Both the position numbers and the translations under genes were made by a program. The notes under the pieces are model-generated. The model did not search any database. It had not been told where the DNA came from and saw only the letters and a list, made by a program, of their open reading frames with translations. From assembly GCA_032718475.1 (NCBI GenBank), contig JAUCBJ010004906.1, positions 1-64,000 on the forward strand: DNA of 64,000 bases. Reading direction: 5' to 3'. Shown piece after piece: positions 36,101 to 48,100 of the stretch (positions are counted from its first letter, which is position 1; every line of letters starts with the position of its first letter). Source of the stretch: Nemertoderma westbladi. Taxonomy: Eukaryota > Animalia > Xenacoelomorpha.

Positions 36101-39100
36101 TATCCCTGATGTCCTCAAAATAATGTGATAAAGAGCCACGTCGATGGACATGGATCATTATTGTAAAACCCAACCTCCTTATTGGACACGGCTGATATCT
36201 CCGAAATACGTGCTTAGGACATGGGTGCTATGCTATATCAGATATGCTAGGTTGAATGCAGGCAGATTTATGGACTTGGGCCTCTTATTATGGAAACTAC
36301 ATATGGTCAGCATTCCCGCAGCACCAATTAACCCAATGAGACAAAATGTGGACATGGCTGGTTATGGTTCTAAGGAGTCGGTCGAATGGCACCTAATCTG
36401 TGTATTTATGTAACAACCCATATAAAGGGCTATGGTATGCATATCCTTTGTTTAGTTAAGTAAAATAAATGCACGCGTGAATTATTTTAAAAATAATTGC
36501 ACTGAGGGAGGCTGGGCTAGGGTATTGGGCACCCAGTGCCCGGGCAACCAACCCCGCCGCTAGACCTCGTCAAATCGAGTTCTCGTCAGCAACTCTTCCT
36601 CGCTCTCCGTGTACTCGTCATCGTCGGCCGTCCGGTACAACAACGTCCCGTTGCCATGGTCCCCGGTAGAATGCACGACATCCAACGGGAGTTTATCCTG
36701 CCGCCCCAGCTGGGTGTACCCCCCCAGCCGCCACCCGCCGCCACACTCGCCGCTCCGCCACTCCAACACCCCGAACACCGTCGCGAAGGTGAGCAGCGAG
36801 CCGAGCAGGAGCAGACCGGCCCAGAGGTAGACCCACCCGGGGCCGAGCACCTTCACCCCGGCGGAGGTGAGCGGGGTGGGGGGCGCGGAGGCTCGGCAGG
36901 GGGTCCGGGAGCCCGGGTCGTAGAGCACCGCGGGGGGACACGAGAGGCACTCGGCCGCCGTCCCACCGGTGCAGTTGGCGCACGAACGGTGGCAGCGGCG
37001 GCACACCGGCGCGGACGCGACCACACTGGACGAACTAGTGAGGTAGTAGTAGCCCGGACACTCGGACAGACAGGCGCCGTCCAGTCGGACCGTCCCGTTC
37101 GGACAGCCGACACAGAGTCCCGTCGTCTCGTCCAACTTCGCGCACTCCGACCGGATATCCGCGGCCCGTTTCGCCATCTCGGTCGCGTTCCCCGGCAACG
37201 TCCCGGTGCCCCTGAGGATCAACCGGAAGCGAACCAACCTCGCGGATTTGCCGTCTCCGTTGGTTACGGTGAGGGACCAACGACCGCGGGGGTCCTCCCC
37301 CCAGTAATGCGTCGACATGAAGGGCCAGGCTCGGAACCCCCGGGTCGACCGATCGTGGCTCCGTCGGTGCAGCAGACGGGACCGGGTCCCCGACGGCGAC
37401 ACCAACTCGATCTCCAGAGTCCCTCGCGAGTGCGACGTCAACGTGAGTTCCGCCTGAACGTGTTCGAGGTACCGAACATAGTCCCCGGTCTCGCTGCACC
37501 CGTCGGTATCCAGGACGACGGTGACCGACCCTTGCGACCTTATCTCTATGTCGTCGCCACTCGTGGCGTTACAGACCCGCTGGGGCGCCACAGTGCGCCA
37601 CACGCGCGCCAACCTCACGGCCGCGCCGGCGTCCATCAACCCGAACCCGTACCAATGACTCGCCCACAGTCCCACCCCATTCCGCAGCCAACCCTCGTCC
37701 ACCAGTCCGCTCCGTCGACTGGTACGCACCACAATGTGCTGGAGGTCCCTCCAGGTGAGCGAGGGGTTGGCCTCCAGCACCAAGGCGAGGATACCAGCCG
37801 CTAGAGGCGCTGACGCAGAGGTCCCGGTGTGGGACATGGTGCAGACACCGTGGAGGTCGGTGGTCACTACCTGAAACGGAAACGGATAGGATAGAGAGAG
37901 AGCGAGATCTAGATAGGCCGATACTTTAGGTGGAACACTTACCTTCCGTTCTGTAGCGTTCCCGCTACTGTATGTGGAACACTTACCTTCCGTTCTGTAG
38001 CGTTCCCGCTACTGTAGGTGGAACACTTACCTTCCGTTCTGTAGCGTTCCCGCTACTGTAGGTGGAACACTTACCTTCCGTTCTGTAGCGTTCCCGCTAC
38101 TGTAGGTGGAACACTTACCTTCCGTTCTGTAGCGTTCCCGCTACTGTAGGTGGAACACTTACCTTCCGTTCTGTAGCGTTCCCGCTACTGTAGGTGGAAC
38201 ACTTACCTTCCGTTCTGTAGCGTTCCCGCTACTGTAGGTGGAACACTTACCTTCCGTTCTGTAGCGTTCCCGCTACTGTAGGTGGAACACTTACCTTCCG
38301 TTCTGTAGCGTTCCCGCTACTGTAGGTGGAACACTTACCTTCCGTTCTGTAGCGTTCCCGCTACTGTAGGTGGAACACTTACCTTCCGTTCTGTAGCGTT
38401 CCCGCTACTGTAGGTGGAACACTTACCTTCCGTTCTGTAGCGTTCCCGCTACTGTAGGTGGAACACTTACCTTCCGTTCTGTAGCGTTCCCGCTACTGTA
38501 GGTGGAACACTGACCTTCCGTTCTGTAGCGTTCCCGCTACTGTAGGTAGTAGCAAGGGTAGAAGAACAGCTCTCGGCGTACCAAGGAACACTTCCGTACT
38601 CCGATGTGGAACTTATACTCAATGTGTATATAGAGTTTGTGTACCCATCGCAGTTACAGGAATCCTTCTTCTTGCCCCCGTTCCCTGAGGCCCAGACGAA
38701 CACGGAACCCAGCCCCCCTCGTCCGGTCTCCACGCCCGTAACGAAGGCGAGCTTGGCGAACCGAGCCGGTCCGTCAACCTCGGCACCGTTGTCGTCCGGA
38801 CCCCAACTAGCCGAGTAAATGTCGATATTCTCGGAATATTTGGATAAAGAAGTCGCTTCTACTGCGTCAGTTACCTGTAAAGGGGGGGGGGGGGGGGGGG
38901 GGGGTGTTATTGAAAAGAGAAATGGAGGCTTAATGTATAGCTGGAATAGTTGGTAATGTTTACGTTACCGGTACTTTTAATATTAATCACATTGAAGAAT
39001 ATAAAGATACAATATAACTTATATCTATTATTATTGTATACCGGTACTTACACTGAAAAAACGTACTGTTGATTTTTAAAAAACAAATAGTTTTAGGAAA

Positions 39101-42100
39101 GAACTATTAATTTATTTGGTGCATTTTTAACTCTTGCTCTTGGTTATTTTCGAACACCAATAGTTTTTTTTAATTATTGGTTTCTAAAACAACCTACCGG
39201 TAGAGTTTGGCTTAATTAAAAAACCATCATATCGTTTTTTCAGTGTAGTGATTGTTTATGTAGGTAGACCTGGTCTACCGTACTCACTCACATCTCCATC
39301 CAACATCCTCATCCCACCGACCCTCGCGTTGTACGCCACCCCGACGGCGCACTCTTTATTGTTAGCCAGCGCGGCCACCTCCCCAGCGCACCTGGTCCCG
39401 TGTCGGTTCTCGTTACTCGCTGTCTTCCTCGGGTAAGGATCATCGTCTGCGTCGTTGACGTCGTACGAGGCTTCCTTCGCGTAGTTCTTCGCGAGATCCG
39501 GATGGTCCCACTGTAACCCGTCGTCTAGGATACTGACAACGATACCCAGCCCCGAGTAACCCAACTCCCAAGCATCTTCTACATTCATATTACCTAGACT
39601 ATCCTCCCGAGTTACGTACCATTCGTCGTGGTAGTGCTGATCGTTGAACGTAACCTCACGTTTAACACGACGTTTAGAACGCTGTTGTTGTACCCACCCG
39701 ACAACGGCGTCACGTTTCAGTCTATGGTGCAGCAGTCTGTCTTGGTAGCGTGTATCACGCCTCTTCCTGTGAGAAACCTCCTTGGAATGCAGCAGATATA
39801 GGTCTGTTCCTGGAATGATTTCGTGCAGGTAGACTAGGTTGTGTCGAGCTGCTAACAAACGAGTTTGTTCTTCTCCGCCCGGTACATGAACCGCCCATTG
39901 ATAAGAGTAGAGATGACACGAGCCCAGTTGGTTACACAAGCACATGTAGTACAGCACTATTGGTACGGTAAAACCAACCAAATTAGTAGACATTTTTTCT
40001 ACTGCAGTAGGCCTACTGCAGTACTGCTGTACCGGTAGTGTTCTACAGTACGCTGGTACGGGTACCAGTAAAAGCAGAATATACAGTAGGCCTAATACCT
40101 ACGTCCTGTGCAACAATAGACCTATTTCAGTATCGGTTCCACAGCTTAGAATCTTAGATCCCACAGCACCTAAGACCCCCGAGCAAACTTACAGTAAATC
40201 TTGACTGAACTTATATCCAAACCAGACAAATTTAGATTCCACTCCCACACTATTCCAAAAGACATTGACTAGAGAATGAACATTAACTTCTTATGCTAGG
40301 GTGGTGGTGGTCCAAACAATTAGAATATTAACTTATTGCATGATCAGAGTGTTGTCAACTGGGTCCAAAGTTTGGTACTGCAGAAACCAAAATTTTGATT
40401 TGACATACACACGGCCAGACCAGAATATGCCTTTGTCTGTCTCCAATTTTGTGATAATTAACTTCTAGCTGTCTTACTGTAGTACTCTATTGCATTGATA
40501 TTTTATGTTTAGCTTATTCCCCATTAGAACCGCAATGATGATCCATTTAGTGGGTAAACAATAAGTATGTAAACAAATACTGTAGTTCTTGAGATATTGA
40601 ATATAAAAGGTGAGACCAGCACGACACAACCAACCATTATTTGCCTTGATGCATTATATACAAATACACTAAATACATATCATTATCATAGGATCAGGAA
40701 TAGACTCTTAACCACAATGTTCGAATTACTGGGTGTAGATACTTTCAAAATAATTGTAGGCCTAGAGTGCTTAATCAGGCTACTGAAAAAGAGACAGGGG
40801 GGGGGGGGGGGGTGTGGGAACTCGTCGCAAAACCCGCCTTGGCGAATTAATATCCCGCCTCAATGTTAAATTCCCAATTAAGGGAAAGGAGCGTTACAGT
40901 GGCACGCTATTTTAACCAAAGCAATAAACTAAACACAATAGAACAGGCTACAGTTTTATTTTTGACAGTAATCAGTTGTTATTTGCGTCGAATTTCCCCT
41001 GGAGAGGGATTAATTTTTATTGCGTCCAGTTCCCCCCCCCCCCCCCCCCCACCCCTATCTGCTGAAAAAAGTCATCAAAAGACAAGGTCAACCAATACTG
41101 TATACCCATATTTAGAGTTGACCCAGTCCCAGTCCAAACATTTTATGCAATAACACGAGAACTAATCACTCTACTCTATCTCTTCTGTTGAAGGGAGACA
41201 CCCACTAAATGGAGCATTGCGGTCCACCATGCTTATTCAATGGGGTCGCCAAATCACAAGAGAGTGCACTGGTTGGTCCGCAAGGCATTGAGGACAATAG
41301 CATGTACTGTAAGGGCGGAGGCGGCTCTGTTCAAGTATCTGAGGGACTGATGAGATACTTACAATGTTGTATAGAATCTGATTGTAGGTGTGTTGATTAT
41401 TGTTGTACTTAATTGTCATCGTACATTGTTCATGAACCCGCGGTAGCATCCTTGTATAAGCTTTTACTGTATTTTATTAAAAAATATTAATTTTTTTTTA
41501 ACTCTATTTGCTAATATTCGTTAAATATCTATTCCGAATATTATATTAAAATTAACACTAAATATGTATAACTATCAACACACTTTTGTAAAAAGTTGCC
41601 CTTTTAACCCAAGAGGACATAAATGCCACAAAATAACACACAATCGTGGTGAGAAAAGGGAACCATTCAGCGTTAAAGCCCTCGTTTATTTACGTGAACC
41701 ACCTACACTGCACTCGCTCGGTAATAAATACGCGCGGGTCATAAAATACGATACGATACGAAAAAATACGAAACGTTTTTCGTATCGTATCTAGGATTGT
41801 ATTTTCTCAAAATCACATTCGTATTGTAGCGTATCATGAAAAATTGGTTATTATCGTACCATGTCCAGCATCTTTCCATGCCAACCATGGTTATAAGTTA
41901 GTTCGCTGTTACTAACTTGTACCTCTTTATACCCTAATGAACAGACTCAATCAGGTTTCGACTCATTTCATAAAGTTAAAATAATAAATTTAAATTCCAT
42001 TGTTTAATTGCAGTGGATTGGTGGTCAAGTGGGAGGGTGGCAAAATGATGGTTTGATAATTGAGTTGTGGTAGATAACAATAATATAGCACAATATTGCA

Positions 42101-45100
42101 TAACATTTTCAGCTAATAACTACATATTAACCAATTTGAGATTATAGTTTTTTAGAAGATTTGGCCAACCAGGAGGCCATACAACCAACAGATGCCGGGG
42201 ACACAGGCTGGGCGGAGTGTTTGCGTTTACTTCCCGGTGTCTCTTTAGGATTACCAACCCATTCCACGACGCAATCGGCTGACTGATTCCTAGAGTTATT
42301 CACGAAACTGCTCACGGTATAAAACTCTAAGCTATCAGTTGCTTTAATCACGGTCATTGCTTCATTCAGGTCATCGCTGAATAGCCAACACTTAAGACTT
42401 TCCTCGGAGGTTAGTACTGCTGGCATTCTACAATGTATATCGCTCATTCTACCCTCGGATGCCACTGTGATGGTAGTGAAGGAAACCAACCTTTCGGTAG
42501 AGTTGTTGTTATTTACATCGTATAAACCGGCTAATAACATCGGCGTTATCTTTCGATTAGTCGCGTCTTCAGATTGCAAACTTGCCGCAAACGAATCACA
42601 CTTACTCTCGTGTGGATTATGTATCAGATAGGCCTGTTTCTTGGATTTATCCAAGACTTTCCATTCGTAATAACCGTCGATAACAAACGCGCAACGTTTC
42701 TTCTGGGAGAACGGATTGCGGAATAAAGGTTTATCGAGAAGCGATTCGGAGCGACAGTTGGTTGTGTTGAGTTTAAACTCAGCGGGTGGTCCTCGATGCC
42801 ACGCGGGGATGAGTCCCCATCGCATCGGGACCAGACAACGGGAGTACGTTCCGGTACCGGTACCGTCCTCCCCCGACAGATGAGAGTACACCCGTTCGGC
42901 AACCAGGACAGCACCGGTGGTGGTCGGGGCCATGTTGTAGGACGGTTGATAGTCACCCGTCCCATTGTACCATGTCGGTAGGCCGGTGGAGTTGTCTGGG
43001 CATTGGTAGGTGCAGGCCTGTTGGACGCCGCCCTTGGTTAAAGTACAAACTGTTCTGCCACACATACCGGTAGCTGCAATGTTAGTAGTTAGAACTAATT
43101 AACCTTATCAGATGACGATGACCAATGATGTGTCAAATTAAAATAGCCCTATATATTTTCTACACGCGTATGATGTATGAGCAGGTGTCCTGTCTGGTAG
43201 TGCGAGCACATTGTCTGCCGCATTTCTTCACAATAAATTTAAACTTCCCGCCAAGCCAAGACGATCCAGAAGCAGAGGTATTTACATCCAATCACATAAA
43301 ACCTACAAAGGCTGTCGAAATTATCAACATAAAATAAAAAAAAAGTATTGCAAAAAGATTTCGTTATCACTTTAAGGGCGCGGAGATTATTAAAACATAT
43401 TTGTGTTCTTTCGTTAAGGTTTTCAAAAAATTATTTGCAATGTTTATAATTTTAGATAAATAACGCACATTCGTGAGTTCTGCTAACGTGCGTTATAATA
43501 TAGTTCAGGCAAAAATAACCCGAATTTAATATTATACAAAGGTTGGGTAGCTCAGGTGGCTGAGTGCCGGGCCTTCAATCTATTGGTTGTAGGTTCAGCC
43601 CCGCCAGGGTCCACTCAGCCTTTCATCCACTGGGGTCGATAAAATGAGTACCAGTTAAATAACTGGGAGCAAAACTTGGGAAAGGAGTAGCGCCCACCCC
43701 TACCTTCGGTTAGCAGATAGGAGTAGCGCCCACCACTACCTTCGGGTAGCAGATAGGAGTAGCGCCCACCCCTACCTTCGGAGCAGATAGGAGTAGCGCC
43801 CACCCCTACCTTCGGGTAGCAGATAGGAGTAGCGCCCACCCCTACCCTCGGGTAGCAGATAGGAGTAGCGCCCACCCCTACCTTCGGTAGCAGATAGGAG
43901 TAGCGCCCACCCCTATCTTCGGGTAGCAGATAGGAGTAGCGCCCACCCCTACCCTCGGGTAGCAGATAGGAGTAGCGCCCACCCCTACCTTCGGTTAGCA
44001 GATAGGAGTAGCGCCCACCACTACCTTCGGGTAGCAGATAGGAGTAGCGCCCACCCCTACCTTCGGGTAGCAGATAGGAGTAGCGCCCACCCCTATCTTC
44101 GGGTAGCAGATAGGAGTAGCGCCCACCCCTACCCTCGGGTAGCAGATAGGAGTAGCGCCCACCCCTACCTTCGGGTAGCAGAAATGAGTAGCGTCCACCC
44201 CTACCCTCGGGTAGCAGATAGGAGTAGCGCCCACCCCTACCTTCGGTAGCAGATAGGAGTAGCGCCCACCCCTACCCTCGGGTAGAAGATAGGAGTAGCG
44301 CCCACCACTACCTTCGGGTAGCAGATAGGAGTAGCGCCCACCCCTACCTTCGGGTAGCAGATAGGAGTAGCGCCCAGCCCTACCTTCGGGTAGCAGATAG
44401 GTGTAGCCACCCCTACCCTCGGCTACCAGAAAGGAGTAGCGTCCACCCCTACCATCGGGTACCAGATAGGAGTAGCGTCCACCCCTACCCTCGGGTAGCA
44501 GATAGGAGTAGCGTCCGCCCCTACCTTCGGGTAGCAGATAGGAGTAGCGCCCACCCCTACCTTCGGGTAGCAGAAAGGAGTAGCGTCCACCTCTACCCTC
44601 GGGTACCAGAAAGAAGTAGCGTCCACCCCTACCCTCGGGTACCAGAAAGGAGTAGCGTCCACCCCTACCCTCGGGTACCAGAAAGGAGTAGCGTCCACCT
44701 CTACCCTCGGGTACCAGAAAGGAGTAGCGTCCACCCCTACCCTCGGGTACCAGATAGGAGTAGCGTCCACCCCTACCCTCGGGTACCAGATACCGAAAGT
44801 GAAAGAGGAGCCTTCGGGTCGCCTCCGGCCGACTGTTAGCTTGCTGCGTCCTCTGCTTGCACATAAATCAGCGGCACATGAATTCCGAGATTAGCGTAAT
44901 ATTGCGCCGATTTAAAAATTAATGAAATTAGCCACATTCAGCGGTGGTACCGCACCTTTTAATACAAGCAATACGAAAGATTTAGTAATAGTATGGGTGA
45001 AGGGTTTGGCAGTATTTAAGCAGTAGTGTTGAGCAACACGGTGTTGTATTTGTACAAAGTGAACAGCGCAGAGCGTGAAAAATTACCCACTCTGAAAATG

Positions 45101-48100
45101 GAGTCGGTAGAGGACTTATTCATAAATAATAACAATAAGTGGATCAATCTGTGAGATTTTGTGTACTCTGATGACCTACAACTATAATAATTATTATAAT
45201 ACAGTAGATGAAATGATACTTTACGAGTAACGATATCGGTGTCTTACCCATTTATTGCTTCCGGCTGGCTACACAATTATTTATTTTCACATTATTGTAG
45301 GTATTTTCCATGTTGTGTTGGGGCCTATTATAGTATTATTATATTGTGTGTCCATTTTTAATCCGATTATTGAAAATGTTTTAAAATGCTACTTTGGACA
45401 AATTAGGTGTTTCTTTGTTGTGCTTAGTACCGCTTCTATTTTGTGATGATCTCAGTTAATTACGTAGTTCATAAATATAGTATGGTCAGTAATGGTTGAC
45501 CGATGCGCCTGTAAATAGCCTCTCGTCAACAAGTCAACCCCACCGACTAGCGGTACTGGCTGTTTTTGCTGACGGGGCTCTGTCGAACAACGCGTCCCTG
45601 ATAGCAGTAAAGGGGGTCTCTTTATTGAGAGGCAGTATTATTATTGCCGCGGAACTGCCCCAACTCATCACCTCTCCCACTCTCGCTCTCTGACGAAAAT
45701 GAACATAAAATCAACATACACCAACCCGCTACCCTACCCCACACCGCGACACCCACCCACACCTACGATCTGAAAGATTGTACCCAATACAAAAAAACAG
45801 GATAAGTTGAATCATACAACTAAAGCGGTAAGCTTTCAAGATGAATGCATGATTTACTGAGAATATCGGTCATAATCTCACTTCATGGAATACTGTACAT
45901 ATTGTACAAAACTTTTACTAAATTAATTGCAATGCTCACCTATCATTTCGCGAGTGTCAATACATACTCTTACATACTCATGCATGTTAAAAATTAAGGT
46001 ATAATTGGTACTGTACAAATCTGACAAATACTGGGATTGTAAATTCAACTAGCATGATATAAACTAACGAACAAATTGGCAATTAATATGGCTGATATTT
46101 ACTTCTTTTTCATGTATATTTTTCAGAAATATTTCAATTGCATTAATTTACATATTTCCAGGCCCTTTCATCCCATTTTACCAAATTTTTTACTTTCAGG
46201 GATTTTAATTTCCATGCGGTATAGGGTTCCGCAACTTTTAGTGGCAACACTAGAGACATCTAACCCAGGGTAGGGTATTCCTTAAATACCCCCTGTAGGT
46301 GTTGGGCTGGGCACCTATGGGTAAGATACAGCATAGCGCACTACCCAACTAACAAATTTCCAACTAAATCTTCCACTTTTTTTCTCTAAAACGCTCAAAC
46401 TACCGTCCCAACTTCAGAAAAACAGAATAAAATTGGATTAGTTAGTAATAAATACTATTACTATTTAATAAAGGTTCTATACCTATAATGATAACGCACA
46501 ATATCTCTACTAAATACCCAACAAAACAATCCATCTAAACACTATTCACCTACCAATTAACAGATTACCAATACATCTCACTATACCACATCAAAAATCA
46601 ATGTCACACCACCACTGCCTTTTCATTACATTTATAATGATATCAACAACCCAAAGATACCCCATTTGCTATCATCTTATTGATAAAGCGCGATTTTATA
46701 CCTCTGTTATAAGATAGAATTATGGAGTTAAATTTATACCCCTGTTATATTGAATATTCACCAAGAACAAACCAACAACATCTATGGGAAATTTTTTAAA
46801 ACGAATAAACATGTCAACTGTTGATTTATGACTCCAGCCTAATGGACTATAATAAACAAACACCAGTGACTCTCGAATTACAGACCTTCCAACCACCACG
46901 CAATGCTCCCATTCCTACAATATTAATGAAACACTCATAACCGACCTTAGGATTAGCCGGGCAGCATTATTAGTCCTTCAGAATATGAGTCATCAATATC
47001 AAATACTGTCAACCCCTACAGGCAACAGACCATCTATCCCACTAACTTATACAAAATGAAACAATAATGACGAGAGCAATATATGAGATAGAGGTTACAC
47101 ACATTTAACCTGATAACAACCATTACGATCAGAGAAAACATGCCTCATATTAGCAAATATTCCCACTCCCTATCACTATTCTACTACTAACAATTAAACA
47201 CCCCCCCCCCCCCCCCCCTTATACTACTAACTGTTAATAACCCCCACCCCTCACCCTCTATCACTATGTCTACTACTAACCATTTAATACCCCCTCCCCA
47301 TCCTCTATCGCACTACGTCTACTACTACAGTACTAACCGCGTTAAACAACCCCCCCCCCCCCCATCTATCACTACATCTACGTATACTTCTACTACTAAC
47401 CATTAAACACCCCCCCCCCCCCTCACCCCACCACTAGGTCTACTACTAACCACTAACGGGTAGTTGTGCGTGGTAGAACCGCCGTGACTCATCCTCAGAG
47501 GATGTGGTGATTGGCAGGTTGACGCCTGTAGCATTATATATATATATATATAAATATAGTATGTTTAGACATATTTTATGAATAAACAATTACGATGGAC
47601 GATAAAACTAAAAGGACTATAAAAGTTTGTGTTGGCAAACAATAACCCACCCCAGGATGACCCATACATAATCCCAGAAAACAGAAGTGGTACACATGCT
47701 CTGATGCTCAAGCACACTATCTTTTGAGCTTATGCTCAAAGGCTCATACGATCAGACATTTCCTGAGGACTTTCAAAGTTAACTATCAACATTTTGGTCT
47801 TCATGACGTCAACAAAAAGACCAACACTAGAAGCAGCATGTTCTAATGAGCTGAGGAGCCGTTGGGCTCCGTCTAATGATTCTGAGAGTACTCCTAAGTC
47901 AACAGCAAAACTAGAAGCAGCCTGTTCTAATGAGCTGAGGAGCCTTTGGGCTACCTCTAGTGATTCTGAGAGTACTCCTAAGTCATCAGCAAAGTCTAGA
48001 TCAGTTAGGTACTTGGCAGGATTTCCTCGACTTTTGGAGCCAGTAGGTGGAGTTACCACCACCCGTCATCATAATGACTGACACACCAACCTTTTTTAAA

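Noticed and set aside
36536-37804. 422-aa plus-strand ORF, and similar antisense ORFs over unc-79 and STPG1
   Set aside because: Shadow ORFs of GC-rich coding exons; no recognisable motifs.
43541-43615. Functional tRNA gene (also 54445-54510)
   Set aside because: A/B boxes are present but no complete cloverleaf is evident, and it continues into a SINE body.
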